The notes below the pieces were generated by a model. It saw only the letters and a list, made by a program, of their open reading frames with translations. It was not told where the DNA came from and ran no database searches. From positions 27,652,001-27,716,000 of the forward strand of contig OZ024762.1 of the NCBI GenBank assembly GCA_964016885.1: a stretch of 64,000 bases of DNA, read 5' to 3'. Origin of the DNA: Eledone cirrhosa (Eukaryota). The position numbers were made by a program, and so were the translations under genes. This document shows, piece after piece, positions 13,635-27,262 of the stretch. Within the stretch, counting starts at the first letter, position 1, and every line of letters begins with the position of its first letter.

Positions 13635-14920
13635 AGTTGCATTTATCTTACTTTATGTTCATACGAGTTATCACCAAGTCACAACCAGTGACCTCAAGAG
13701 AGAACAAGGTCCGCCATGTTCAAGAAAGAACATACATACTCACACATGCATCTTTAGTGTTTAGACTTGTGATGTACTTATATTGACAGAATCTTCCTTA
13801 GTATATGGGCAGTTCCCATTAGTACTATCTTTTGTATTTCTCCTATACGCGGGTTTCCTGGGATTTGCGATAAGTAATCATTAGACCCCTTAGGTATCAT
13901 TCCCAGAGCGCCTACAACCACTGGTATTGTTTTAGTTCTCAATTTCCACATTTTTCCAATTTCTATCTCCAGGTCCTTATACTTGCTCAATTTTTCAAAT
14001 GTTTTTATAGATACATTCTTGTCTATTGGAACGGACATATCAATTAGCAGGCATACCCTCTTTTTAAAGTCCTTCAATATTATATCAGGTCTATTTGCAT
14101 CTATTTTTCGGTCTGTTTGGATGCTAAAGTTCCACATGATTGAGATGTGATCTTTTTCAAGTATGGGAGGTGGTTGATGCTCCCACCAATTCTTTTGATG
14201 GGGCAGGTCAAAATGCTTACACATTATCCAATGTATGTATTGTGCAGCTCTGTCATGCCTGTTTAGGTATTCGGTTGGAGCTATAGGACTGCACATTGAA
14301 ATTATATGGTCAATGGTCTCTGGTTGTTTTTTGCATACACGGCACAATGGGCTGCATCCATTTTTTATTATGTTGGCTTGGTAATTTTTTGTTGGCAGAC
14401 ACTGATTTTGTGCTGATATAATCAGTCCTTCAGTCTCCGATTTCAGTCCAGAGGATGCCAACCACTGATGGGTTAAAGTTTTGTCAACATCAGGATTGTT
14501 AGCTCGTTCTGGGTATTTTCCATACAGAGGCTTTTCTTGCCATTTCTTGGCCAGTTTCTGTAGCAGTTCTTTCTTTGCAGTTACTTTTACCTGCTTTGCT
14601 TTTTCTGTGTTTTCCATTTCAGCAGTAAATGGGACTTCTGAAATTTGTAGTCCATTACTGTTTCTTTGTGCATCTTTTGTAATGGAATATGATCTTTTGA
14701 TGCTTTCGTGTTTCAAAACGAGTTTGATCATCCAATCATGTGATTCGCTTAGATATGTAGATAATCCAATTGTTGCAGTTTTCAACGCAATGTCTAACTG
14801 GATTAACCCACGTCCTCCTTCTTTCCTAGGGAAATATATTCTATCTGTATCTGCCTTAGGGTGATGCATTGTGAGCATGGTTAAGAATTTTCGAATTTTT
14901 GTATCGAGCCTACGGATCTC
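13633..14920 (-). mobile_element. 5'-truncated R4/Dong family B non-LTR element (CCHC zinc knuckle plus restriction-like endonuclease)
   Basis: ORF 13778-14878: GGRGL, CRVCKKQPETIDHIISMC, RHD, RPDIILKD...LIDMSVP...EKLSKY. (ATT)n on both sides. Confidence 0.9.
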
Positions 14921-14961
<41 letters not shown>

Positions 14962-14969
14962 GTTGTTAT

Positions 14970-17900
14970 TCCTTGAATCTCAGTCATTGATGTTGGTTAA
15001 CTGGAAAGTCCGTTGGATTGAATATCAAGCCACTACCTGCAGCCTCAGATATTCAGGACGTATCGGAGGGTTCTTGCTGTTCCAAGCAAGCATGCCTTTT
15101 GAAGCGTTCCAAAAAGCGTGAAGGGGCCGATTTTCTTTAACCATCCCTGGAAACTTTTGGAGATAGTCCCCAGTGCGCCTATGACAATCGGGATCACTTT
15201 GACTTCATGGCAGTTCCAAATCCTTTTCACCTCCCACTTTAGGTCCTGGTATCGGTTAATTTTCTCCCTCTCCTTCTCTTGCACTCTCGTGTCGAACGGG
15301 CAGGCCACATCCACAATCAGGCACGATCTTTTTTCTTTGTCCACAACCACCAGGTCAGGTCTATTGTGTTCCAGTTTTTTGTCCGTCTGTATCCTAAAAT
15401 CCCACAGCACCTTCACCTGATTGTTCTCCATCACCGCCTCTGGCCTATGCTCATACCATTTCTCAGAATGTGGTAAATTGTTTACTTTGCACAGGTGCCA
15501 GTGGATCACCCTGCCCATCACATCGTGTCTCCAGCCCTTATAGTGGGTCTGGGCTAGGTGTTTACACTCGGACACAATGTGGGCCACAGTCTCCTCTCTC
15601 TCCCCACAGATCCTGCACAGTGGGCTAGCCTCCTCCTTGTAGATATGGTGCTTCAACCACTTCGTTTTGAGGGCCTGCTCCTGCGCAGCCATTAGCATTC
15701 CTTCTGTAGCCTTTTTGAGATCTCCACTTCTCAACCAGTTCCATGTCTGTGGATCTCTAAATTCAGTTTTCTCAAAGAAGGTACTATGAAGGGATTTTCC
15801 CTTAAGGCTGCTCTTCCTCCTTGATGTTATTTCCTCCTTGGACATCCCCTGGCCTACTGTCCCCTCCTTCAGTACAGTTCTGAGCATTGGCTCCTTACTA
15901 TAGGTCACGTATTTGTATAGGTTGTTTTTCTCCATCTGAACACAGTCCTCTATGCTGATAAGACCTCTTCCACCCTCAGATCTCCTTAGGTAGAGTCTAT
16001 CGACATCACTCCTCTTGTGGAACATGTTGTAGATAGTCAATAGCTTCCTAGTCTTCCTATCCATTTCTTTTTGTTCAGCAACATTCCATCTCAGAATTCC
16101 CGCACTGTACCTAATAATAGACACAGCTCGGGAATTTACTGCGCTTATGGCATTTCTGCTGTTCAGATGTGACTTCAATACGCTCCTTACTCTCCGAATG
16201 TATTCAGTTCTTAACAATTCCTTCATTTTTTTGTTCTTTATGCCATCAGCCTCCAGAACGCCCAAATACTTGTATCCTTCCTCAGAGTCAATTTCCTTTA
16301 TCATCTCACCTGTTGGTATCTGGATCCCGTTACTTCTGCTCAACCTACCCCTCTTCATCACAATGACTCCACATTTACCAATACCAAACTGCATACATAT
16401 ATCACTGCTGAAAATACGGACAGTGTCAACAAGCACATCCAACTCCTTCTCACTTTTCCCGAAGAGCTTAAGATCGTCCATGAAGAGGAGGTGATTGATG
16501 GTAAGCTCTCCCCTTCCCAACTTGTATCCTGCTCTCACTTTTCGCAGCATAATGGTCAAGGGCATCAGGGCAAGGACAAACAACAGAGGGGACAGGCTAT
16601 CTCCCTGGAAGATACCTCTCTTGATCTTCACGCTTCCCAAGGATACTCCAGTTGATGTCAACTCTGTCTCCTAGGACCCCATACTCCTGCCTAGCAACTG
16701 TCTGATGTTATCTGCCACCCTGAAGATCTCCAGGCTTTTGGTGATCCAGGAATGAGGCACCATGTCAAATGCCTTTCTGTAGTCTATCCATCCCATGGCA
16801 AGATCAGTGTGTCTCCTCCTGCAATTCCCCATTACCATCTTATCAATAAGTAACTGGTCCTTTGTACCACGTGACTTCTTTCGGCATCCTTTCTGTTCGT
16901 CCGGTAACAAGTTGTTTGTGTGGAGGTGATGGTAGATTTCCTCAGACACAATGCTCGTCAACAGTTTCCACATTACGGACAGACATGTGATAGGTCTATA
17001 GTTGGTAACATCATTACCCTTGATTCGGTCTTTCATTATCAGAACTGTGGTACCTTTTGTCAACCACTCTGGCACCTCACCCGACACCAAGCAGTCATTG
17101 AACATGGCCGTCAGCTTCGGGTGGAGGGATGTTAAATGTTTAATCCAATACCCCTGCACACCATCTGGGCCTGGTGATTTCCAGTTGGTTAGTTTTTTGG
17201 CCTGCCCCTTAAGAGTTTCAACTGTGATACTCAAATCAGTTTGTTGTTGTGCCTGCTGACCGATCTCCCTCTGTACTGTCTCAATCCACCCTGCCTGGGC
17301 ATTGTGTCTAACATCCTGCTCCCATATTCCTCTCCAGAATGGTTTAGTTTGTTCCGCCCCAGGGATCAAGTCGTTGCCTCTTTCTTTCCCCTCAAGCTGT
17401 CCAAACAGCATCTTCTGGTTGTTGTCGAACATGCGGTTCTGTTTATACTGACTGACTCTGTTCTCGTATCGCCTGATTTTTGCACTCTTTGCTACAATGC
17501 GTTGCTTCAATTCCTCTATGATAATATTTAGCTTTTTACTCCTAGTTTTGTATTTTATTTCCAGTCTATTTTTAGTGCCTATGTTTTTTAGTGTCCCATT
17601 CAGTAGTGACTCAAGCTTTCCTATGTCATTTCTCATTTCCCCGATTTGCCCACTCAGTCGCTTCTTCCACCACGGCTCTGCTCTTTCTTGTCTGTTGTTT
17701 CCTCTCGCTTTTATACCAAGTAGTTTCCTCACCGTATTTGCTGTTGCTTTGAGGATATTGTTGCACTGGTGAAGGCTCCTCGCCTCAAGTTATGGGATGA
17801 CTTTGTTTACCTTAGCTGTTGTTTCTTTTAACTTTTTCCTGTCTACAAATCTTAGGTTCATAGGTCTCCCACTATCATTGTTCAATTCATCTACCACTAA

Positions 17901-18570
17901 ATTTAGGATGTCAACCGAATATTGTCCTAGCCCGTCAGCATTCATCTCCTCAGTGGCCGTATCTCTGTTCCAGGTATTATTTATCTCAGTATTCAGATCA
18001 TTGTCTGCTTCGGGTGGTTCCTCCGTTCTCAGGACCTCTTCACCTTCATTTCCCACTGGCTCGCTTGTCTGGCATACTACACCCGCCATCTCCAAGCCAT
18101 TCTCTCTGCTCAGTTCCTCCAGTTCCAGCTCGCTTATCCACCCATTAGTTCTTATTACCCGAGCCTGCCCGGCCAATTTTTGTTCATCTAATTTAAATAA
18201 ACCAATCTCGTTCCAGATGTTATGCATCCGTCTCCTGTAGCCCCTCTCCTTGGGGTTACTTTTCAGGTAGCATTGCATAACAGTTCTATTCAATTCTTTC
18301 GTCCAGTTGGTTCTGGCCCCTTTCCTTCTTCTTTCTCCAACATCAGCAGTATTTGGTTGACAGTCAGGTTCCTGCTGCTGAGCCAGGGGGCACCTGTTGG
18401 GTGAGAGTCTGTCACATGACGTTCTAGTCTCCATTTCACCGTTATTCGAACTGTCTATGTTCGATATTTAAACACTCTTATCGAGGATTGGCGAATGTAT
18501 GGTTACATAGCCATCTGTGGATCCGCCATCCCACTTGGCCCTTGTGTGGCATTATCACCACGCTGTATAC
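14970..18570 (-). mobile_element. Near full-length R4/Dong family A element, inactivated by one stop and one frameshift
   Basis: ORF 17790-18434 has a Myb-like N-terminus (NWTKELN...GYRRRMHNIW). ORF 16671-17732 has [37 protein letters not shown] 15045-16661 has RGIFQGDSLSPLLF, LFMDDLKL, CRIC...HIVSEC, RPDLVVVD...EKINRY. TAG at 16671-16673 corresponds to W in the copy at about 21300. 3' (TAA)n tail. Confidence 0.93.
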
Positions 18571-19517
18571 GAACACACATAAACAAACAAACACACAGGC
18601 AGAAAGGGCCCCAAAAATGAATAAGCATAAGTTTCATTGTAATGTAGTGTTCGAATGTCTGACTTAGTTTTTGTTTTTTAAGTTTTACTTTTTCCCCCCT
18701 CTTCTCTGTCCGTCCGCCTGTTTCTCTCTTCATTCTTATTTTCTTTACGTTTTTGGGGTTTCTTTTTTTGTTTTTGTTTTTCTCTGTTTGTTTTTCTCGT
18801 TTTTGCTGTTGTTGCTGTGCTGCTTTGGTTTTGTTGTTTGTTTTTTCTTTTTTCTTTTGAGTCTATCTATATATTTTGATGCCTTCCTCTTTGTTAGTAG
18901 TAGGAATTCTATAATGTGGAAGTAGCAGCCAGCAGGGAGAAGTGGGAGACTGGCGGCGGTAGCGATACTGAGACAGTGGTGGTGGTGATGTCGATACCGA
19001 GGCAGTGGTGGCGGTGATGTGACCGTATTACTGTAGTGATGGTGCTGTAGCGGTGGCAGCAGTGAAGGAGTCAAGGGGTGGTGGCGGCGGTGATGGGATA
19101 GTGGTGGTAATGATGGCCGTAGTGAGCGGTGGCGGTGAAGGTGAAAATGCCGTTATCTGGCTGTTGTGTTTAGTGTACACAGATGATGGGGTGGGTGGTG
19201 TATCTAGTTTCTGGTGTTGGTGAGTTTGGCTGTCCTATATAGTGTAGACAGAGGAGAGGAGGGGGGGGGGTTCTTCTTCCATTTATAGCCATTTTCTTTT
19301 TTGGATATACAGTGTACAATACAAAGTTGAATATTTGAATATTTGAGCCTTATAACAATATATTTTGGGTCCGAATTTTTTGGGGCTCAAGCCGGGTGCT
19401 TTACGTAGCATTTGTACTAAGAGTTGTTATTTCACAAATGATTTAAATATGTTAAAAATTCAAAACTTACGGGAGCGATTTCATGACCTCCGTCACCTCG
19501 TGCGTCTTATTCCCTTA

Positions 19518-19584
<67 letters not shown>

Positions 19585-19595
19585 GTTGTTATTAC

Positions 19596-21522
19596 TCCTT
19601 GAGTCTCAGTCATTGATGTTAGTTAACTGGAAAGTCCGTTGGAATGAATATCAAGCCACTACCTGCAGCCTCAGATATTCAGGACGTATCCAGATATTCA
19701 TGCTTGCTGTTCCAAGCAAGCATGCCTTTTGAAGCGTTCCAAAAAGCGTGAAGGGGCCGATTTTCTTTAACCATCCCTGGAAACTTTTGGAGATAGTCCC
19801 CAGTGCGCCTATGACAATCGGGATCACTTTGACTTCATGGCAGTTCCAAATCCTTTTTACCTCCCACTTTAAGTCCTGGTATCGGTTAATTTTCTCCCTC
19901 TCCTTCTCTTGCATTCTCGTGTCGAATGGGCAGGCCACATCGACAATCAGACACGATCTTTTTTCTTTGTCCACAACCACCAGGTCAGGTCTATTGTGTT
20001 CCAGTTTCTTGTCCGTCTGTATCCTAAAATCCCACAGCACCTTCACCTGATCGTTCTCTATCACCGCCTCTGGCTTATGCTCATACCACTTCTCAGAATG
20101 TGGTAAATTGTTTACTTTGCACAGGTGCCAGTGGATCACCCTGCCCATCACATCATGTCTCCAGCCCTTATAGTGAGTCTGGGCTAGGTGTTTACACTCG
20201 GATACAATGTGAGCCACAGTCTCCTCTCTCTCTCCACAGATCCTGCACAGTGGGCTAGCCTCCTCCTTGTAAATATGGTGTTTCAACCACTTCGTTTTGA
20301 GGGCCTGCTCCTGCACAGCCATTAACATTCCTTCTGTAGCCTTTTTAAGGTCTCCTCTTCTCAACCAGTTCCATGTCTGTGGATCTCTAAATTCAGTTTT
20401 CTCAAAGAAGGTACTATGAAGGGATTTTTCCTGAAGGCTGCTCTTTCTCCTTGATGTTATTTCCTCCTTGGACATCCCCTGGCCTATTGTCCCCTCCTTC
20501 AGTACAGTTCTGAGCATTGGCTCCTTACTATTAGTCACGTATTTGTGTAGGTTGTTTTTCTCCATCTGAACACAGTCCTCTATGCTGATAAGACCTCTTC
20601 CACCCTCAGATCTCCTTAAGTAGAGTCTATCGACATCATTCCTCTTGTGGAACATGTTGTAGATAGTCAATAGCTTCCTAGTCTTCCTATCCATTTCTTT
20701 TTGTTCAGCAATATTCCATCTCAGAATTCCCGCACTGTACCTAATAATAGACACAGCTCGGGAATTTACTGCGCTTATGGCATTTCTGCTGTTCAGATGT
20801 GACTTCAATACGCTCTTTACTCTCCGAATGTATTCAGTTCTTAACAATTCCTTCATTTTTTTGTTCTTTATGCCATCAGCCTCCAGAACGCCCAAATACT
20901 TGTATCCTTCCTCAGAGTCAATTTCCTTTATAATCTCACCTGTTGGTATCTGGATTCCGTTACTTCTGCTCAACCTACCCCTCCTCATCACAATGACTCC
21001 ACACTTACTAATACCAAGCTGCATACATATATCACTGCTGAAAATACGGACAGTGTCAACAAGCACATCCAACTCCTTCTCACTCTTCCCGAAGAGCTTA
21101 AGATCGTCCATGAAGAGGAGGTGGTTGATGGTAAGCCCTCCCTTTCCCAACCTGTATCCTGCTCTCACTTTTCGCAGTACACTGTCAGGGACATCAGGGC
21201 AAGGACAAACAACAGAGAGGACTGGCTATCTCCCTGGAAGATACCTCTCTTGATCTTCACGCTTCCCAAGGATTCTCCAGTTGATGTCAACTCTGTTTCC
21301 CAGGACCTCATACTTTTGTTATCTGCCACCTTGAAGATACCAGGCTTTTGGTGATCCAAGAATGAGGCACCATGTCAAATGCCTTTCTGTAGTCTATCCA
21401 TCCCATGGCAAGATCAGTGTGTCTCCTCCTGCAATTCCACATTACCATCTTATCAATAAGTAACTGGTCCTTTGTACTACGTGACTTCTTTCGGCATCTG
21501 TACCACGTGACTTCTTTCGGCA

Positions 21523-21523
<1 letters not shown>
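19596..21523 (-). mobile_element. 5'-truncated, frameshifted R4/Dong family A copy
   Basis: ORFs 19651-21168, 21165-21359 and 21308-21526 are highly similar to 15045-16890. Flanked by (ATT)n, with a short duplication at the 5' junction (about 21476-21523). Confidence 0.92.
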
Positions 21524-21578
<55 letters not shown>

Positions 21579-22915
21579 ACTGTGATTATACTTAATACTC
21601 TTTACAGTATTTTTTTCTATATACTCAATATTATTCTTATAATCAGCTTTACGTAAAGCATCATTATAATATACGGCTTTACTATTAAATATGGATCTAT
21701 TATGTTTTTCTACAATAAATAATATGTCGTCTCTATATAAACCACCGGTAATCTCCGGCAATTTTCTATTTATTAGGTTAAGGATGAAAATTCTCACAAG
21801 ATCGGTAACTTTCGCCGAATCAGACGAGCCCATAGTAATGTCAAAGTTCTTCTGCCTATCAGATCGAGTCCAAAGATCATTATTAAATTCTATCAATGCT
21901 CGCCTTGCAGTTAAAATAATATTTATCTCATCACTAGATAGATCCGTGTGCTTATATGCATATGATAGCGCCTTATTTAATAGATTAGGAGTTATTGAAG
22001 AATAATAACTCGCAATGTCCATTTGAATGAACTTATGATTTTTTTTATTTTCGATATTATTGAACCAATCTATGACTTCATTAGTGCCCTTCCATAGGTT
22101 TAGCCTTGACCTAAATTTAGGCGTTGGTAAAATCCTATCTATAATGTTTTTACGAATTATTCCGAGATCTGATTTCGAAGGTGTAATATGTCTAACAGGT
22201 AAGTCTTCTTCAAAATTACTTTTATGGTCTTTAAAATGTATCCGTGGTTGCCTCGGTATGAAGGGTTCGGTTTTCCGCTCTATTCCGAGATTAGTGATAA
22301 TATCAAATGCATCATTATTAATATCCAATAAATCTTCACTTGGGGCCTTTTTGTAATTTTTTCTCAATTCTTTGAAAATTATGTCGTTATTTCTTCTTTC
22401 TTCTTTTTCTTCTTTTTCTTCTTTTTCTTCTTTTTATATATATTTCTTCATCTATTTCACCCATTCATTTAAATATTTATATATGTATTTTTTTCTCTTT
22501 CTTTTTTTTTTTCTTGCATCTCCTCTTCTTCACACCCTCTCTTATACATCTAATTCGCTCCACGTCCTTTTCTTCTTTAAGTTTATCATATTATTATTTG
22601 TGGTATATAAATGTTGAGATTTGATGAAATAAATCACTGCCAATACTGGAATTGAAATATGAAGACCGTAGAGGTATGTCATATATGTCATATATTTTAT
22701 CTGACAAGGATGTACTGGAAAAACAACAACACAGTACCTTCGAAATATATATAATAAAGCATATATTTTGATTATGTGAATATCTTCATTTGTTAATATT
22801 TTTAATAATATTAAAACTCCAGGAATATTTCACTTTTGAGTGCTTTTAATCTATTGTAAAGCTGTGTTCATTGAGTAATCAATAAACCATATTAATATAT
22901 ATATATAGGTTACAT

Positions 22916-23203
22916 AATTTCCGGTTCTGAACCAATCACCTATCAGGGAAACCACGACCAAATGGCTCATTGTTCATTGAGGAGCGTAGACAGGTTTTTC
23001 TGCTCACCGCAGATAATGTAACAGAATGTGTGACGAAAGAACTTTGACAATATATGAACAACCGTCCGGTTGTGGAATCAACCAACCAACCGGAAATTTA
23101 TATATATTTTTTTTTTATTTATAATTTAATTTATAATAAATTGGAGTGAAACAACTGGTGCGTGTGTTTCTTATTGGTAACATGACCCTCCCAAAGTATA
23201 ACT
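22916..23203 (+). mobile_element. Degenerate solo pLTR of the 29042/32537 PLE family
   Basis: gtgacgaaagaactttgacaatatatgaac...catgaccctcccaaagtataac matches 32938-33107. The hammerhead CTGAAGA box is decayed. Confidence 0.7.
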
Positions 23204-23220
23204 ATATATATATATATATA

Positions 23221-23403
23221 GTTTTAATATAGATGAGATTCTACGGGACTAGAACTGTTTCATTCATTAGAAATCATCAGGAATCTCTAATGAATGAAAC
23301 AGTTCTAGTCCCGTAGAATCTCATCTATATTAAAACTGTTATACTCTGCTATGTATTGAGTACCTTACTTACTGTGGTTACCTCCGATTCAACCCGGAAT
23401 AAC

Positions 23404-23404
<1 letters not shown>
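23221..23404. mobile_element. Fold-back PLE pLTR insertion with hammerhead core (23243-23282, minus strand) and tail
   Basis: Arms 23221-23272 / 23286-23337. Minus strand reads CTGATGA-tttctaatgaat-GAAACAGTTCTAGTC. Tail contains ttgagtac. Confidence 0.7.
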
Positions 23405-23451
<47 letters not shown>

Positions 23452-23458
<7 letters not shown>

Positions 23459-24524
23459 TAAACGGAATAGAAAATGCTGACAAATTGTTCACAGTTGAAA
23501 AATGGTTTAATCTATATATATAAAGCTGTGGTTGTCTGTCTGTCTATCGATTTTTGGCACACATCTCCTCTTACAATCTCTGACGGAATTTCACCGAAAT
23601 TGCTATACTTGTACATTGAGCCCTAGCGAAGACATCGGAAAAAAAATATTTCAAATTGACCTACCCTATGTGACGAAATCGAATATAATGTATCGATTTT
23701 TGAGCGTAGGTGACGAGTTATTTCCCTTTGTTCTGTTTACATTGAGCGTCTTACTGCGTGCAAAAATTAAAAAAATTACGCTGGCTTTCTCAGCGTTTAA
23801 AATGACATTAACACAATACACGAACAGTTGTCGAGCCAGCAAAATTTTGACCTGCAAAATTCATCAGTTCGAACACTAAGCTTCCGTTTTACTTCATTTC
23901 CATTTAAAAGCCTTTTAAAACAATATTTTTACTTGAAAACAAGTCTATTTAAAGACTACGTAAAACAAGCAAATATTTCGTTAAAAAAAGCAAAAATTAT
24001 ATAAGTTTATTTAAAATATATGTATCTGTAAATTTCGTTAGGCGTGCAGACAGACAGTCGTGCAGACAGACTTTAAGCCAAAAAAGAAACTTAACATTGT
24101 AACTTTAACACAGCTACTGAGCGACCCCGAGCAACGCCGGGCTTTACTGCTAGTTAGGAATAAAAGAGTATTAGTGATTGTATGGGTTAGTATTCAGTTG
24201 TGGTTTTAAGTTTTTAAGTTTTTACCGGTTGCGCATTTCTAAATGCTTTTCAAAAATAATTTTGAGATAGAGTGTCCGTGCTGTTTGCTCTGATCAGAGC
24301 AAACAGCACGGACACTCTATCTCAAAATTATTTTTGAAAAGCATTTAGAAATGCGCAACCGGTAAAAACTTAAAAACTTAAAACCACAACTGAATACTAA
24401 CCCATACAATCACTAATACTCTTTTATTCCTAATTAAACCATTTTTCAACTGTGAACAATTTGTCAGCATTTTCTATTCCGTTTACCAATATATAATAAC
24501 TTGTGTGTTACACCTCTATTCTTT

Positions 24525-24528
<4 letters not shown>
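23452..24528. mobile_element. Perfect palindrome of a Neptune-like pLTR (centre 24293/24294), left arm interrupted by a Helitron
   Basis: Arms 23452-23510 plus 24151-24293 versus 24294-24494. Right arm is homologous to 41258-41450, the 3' end of the 37900-41450 PLE. Confidence 0.85.
23511..24150 (+). mobile_element. Non-autonomous Helitron inserted at A^T without target-site duplication
   Basis: 5' TCTATATATATAAAG. 3' cccgagcaacgccggg hairpin plus CTAG. Empty site ggtttaa^ttaggaat is preserved in the opposite palindrome arm (reverse complement near 24426-24441). Confidence 0.88.
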
Positions 24529-24577
<49 letters not shown>

Positions 24578-24580
<3 letters not shown>

Positions 24581-24897
24581 CAAAGAGATATTTAATTTGT
24601 TGGTAATTCAATATAACAGATTCGAAGCACTTAACAGGTTTTCTGGAGTATAATATCAATGATATTAAAATGGAAACTATATTTATAAAACCATATTTAT
24701 TCTATTATATATATTTCAAGGGTACCAAAACTTTGGTACGCTTTCATCAGATAAATTTCAAAATCAGGATTCCTGGGTATGTCACTAATTATAAAACAAA
24801 TGTTGTATTCTATCTGATGAGAGCCAACCAAAGTTTTGGTAGACTTGAAATATATATAATAGAATAAATATGGTTTTATAAATATAGTTTCCATTTT
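24578..24897. mobile_element. Fold-back pLTR with two hammerheads (24699-24755 minus, 24807-24865 plus) and a left-side tail
   Basis: attctat-CTGATGA-gagccaaccaaagttttggtagactt-GAAATATATATA-atagaat and its inverted partner. Confidence 0.8.
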
Positions 24898-25144
24898 ATT
24901 ATATATTTCCATTTATTATATATATATATATCATATATATATATATATTATATATATATATATATATTATATATATATATATTATATATATATTATATAT
25001 ATACATTATATATCTATATATTATATATATATATATTAAATATATATTATATATATATTATATATATATATATATATATTAAATATATATTATATATATA
25101 TTATATATATATATATATATATTAAATATATATTATATATATAT

Positions 25145-25314
<170 letters not shown>

Positions 25315-25322
25315 ATATATAT

Positions 25323-25388
<66 letters not shown>

Positions 25389-25436
25389 GAGAGAGAGATA
25401 TAATATATATATATATATAAATAATATATATATATA

Positions 25437-26299
25437 CTAGCAGTAGTACTCAGCGTTGCCTGGGTAGGTAAAATAATATCTGCTTTGATGAAAAGGTGTT
25501 GATCTTAGCGACTGCGAGTTTCTTGAAAATCGGTCGTAAGGTGTAGCAAATGGCGAAATGTTGAGTGAAATCGTATGGAATATGTGGGAGGTGGAAATAA
25601 TCGTATTTTCAAGAGTTAAACGGCTGCCACACCGTCCCTGAACAAAATATGCAAAGTGTAAAGCTACTTTAAGATTTGCAATGATAGCTTCTATCGTAGT
25701 ATAAAAGTTGAACCAAATAATTTGATTTATGTGTGAGGTGCAGTCCAAGTTTCGAATTTGAACTAAATTGGTTGAAAATGTGGGAGCTAATGATAGCTTC
25801 TATCGGAGTATAAAAGTTGAACCAAATAAATTGATTTATGTGTGAGGTGGAGCCAAAATTTCGAATTTGAACGAAACCGGTTGAAAAGTGACGGGGCTAG
25901 CGCAGAAAATGCGGAAATTTGAGCGAAAAGGTGGCATTTTTGAATATTTAAACGGCTGCCATGCCGTCCCTGAACAACAAATGCAAAATATACAGCCATG
26001 TGCAATGATAAATTCTATTTTGCTTTAAAATTTGAACGAAATCGGTGGCAAAATGTGGGAAGTAGAGCTAAAAATCTTATTTTTCGATACCTAAAAAAAG
26101 GTGACCCCCACTATAGATTTTTATCTGCAGAACGACCCCCCCCCCCCGGAATAAAAAAAACCCTTACGCTGATATATAGAAAACACTGCTCGATGTCTAA
26201 TCTATGAGCCTGCAAAGTTCATGAAATTCGGGCCTAAGATGTAGACCCCTATGGTAATACAGAGACACACACACGCATACATAATTTTATATATATACA
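25437..26299 (-). mobile_element. Non-autonomous Helitron-like element
   Basis: Minus strand 3' end cccaggcaacgctgagtactactgCTAG then t. 5' end tgtatatatataaaa. Internal tandem duplication about 25680-25895. Confidence 0.65.
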
Positions 26300-26534
26300 T
26301 ATATGTATATTATATATATACTATACATATATATATATTATATATATATTATATATATTATATATATATATTTTATTTATATATATATTATATATATATA
26401 TATATTATATATATATTATATATATATTATATATATATTATATATATATAATATATATTATATATATACATATATTATATATATATATTATATATATATA
26501 TATTATATATATATATAATATATATATTATATAT

Positions 26535-26770
26535 ATAGAAATATTAAAACAATGAAATTAAACACAAAACGGTTAATTCCTAGTATTGTGTTTAATTTCA
26601 TTGTTTTAATAATTCTATTTTTGACTCGGTATCCAATGAATTATATCGTTGAAAATTTTGTATGTTAAACTTCGCTTCACGACATCTTCTACATACGGAT
26701 TACATTGAGTTCTTCATACGGTTTAGAACCTACCATTGATTGGTAGACTTATCTGTGTATTATATCTGTG

Positions 26771-26771
<1 letters not shown>
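26535..26771. mobile_element. Short fold-back pLTR remnant with tail
   Basis: Arms about 26535-26566 / 26586-26617. Tail ggattacattgagttcttcatacgg also occurs at 54019-54043. Confidence 0.6.
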
Positions 26772-26861
<90 letters not shown>

Positions 26862-26872
26862 ATATATATATA

Positions 26873-26959
<87 letters not shown>

Positions 26960-27025
26960 ATATATATATTATATATATATATAGTTAAATAAAAGTCAAA
27001 TGATTAAAATTTAGCTTCGTTTATT

Positions 27026-27080
27026 ACTGCTATATATATTTCAGTGACAGACATCTTTGGCTGTGACCTCTTCAGGCAGT
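27026..27080 (-). ncRNA. Minimal hammerhead ribozyme
   Basis: Minus strand: actgc-CTGAAGA-ggtcacag-ccaaagatgt-ctgtcact-GAAATATATATA-gcagt. Confidence 0.75.
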
Positions 27081-27193
27081 TTGAATTAGTATGGTATAGA
27101 CAAGTACATATGTTGTTTAGGTGTATGATATTGTCAATACTCTGATATGCCCAGTTCCTTGTTGGGTTGTTAATTCACTGGGGAACTGGAGTC

Positions 27194-27262
<69 letters not shown>

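Larger units (their letters stand above)
11327..22894 (-). mobile_element. Hydra-clade-like PLE split by nested R4/Dong insertions: RT part 21525-22367, GIY-YIG part 12561-13430, inverted pLTRs at both ends
   Basis: RT: IQMDIASYYSSI, FDITMGSSDSA, GGLYRDDIL. Endonuclease: RTRSIIWYVPP, CNCRRKSECP (CxCx5C), LVYKC...YIGATS...FKLRWYNH, LINKKNELFSSCQHR. 11327-11745 is the reverse complement of about 22395-22805. Clade assignment is inference. Confidence 0.85.

Noticed and set aside
14481-21253. Plus-strand ORFs overlapping the Dong elements (and antisense ORFs over the RTE copies)
   Set aside because: Antisense shadow ORFs of the LINE coding strand.
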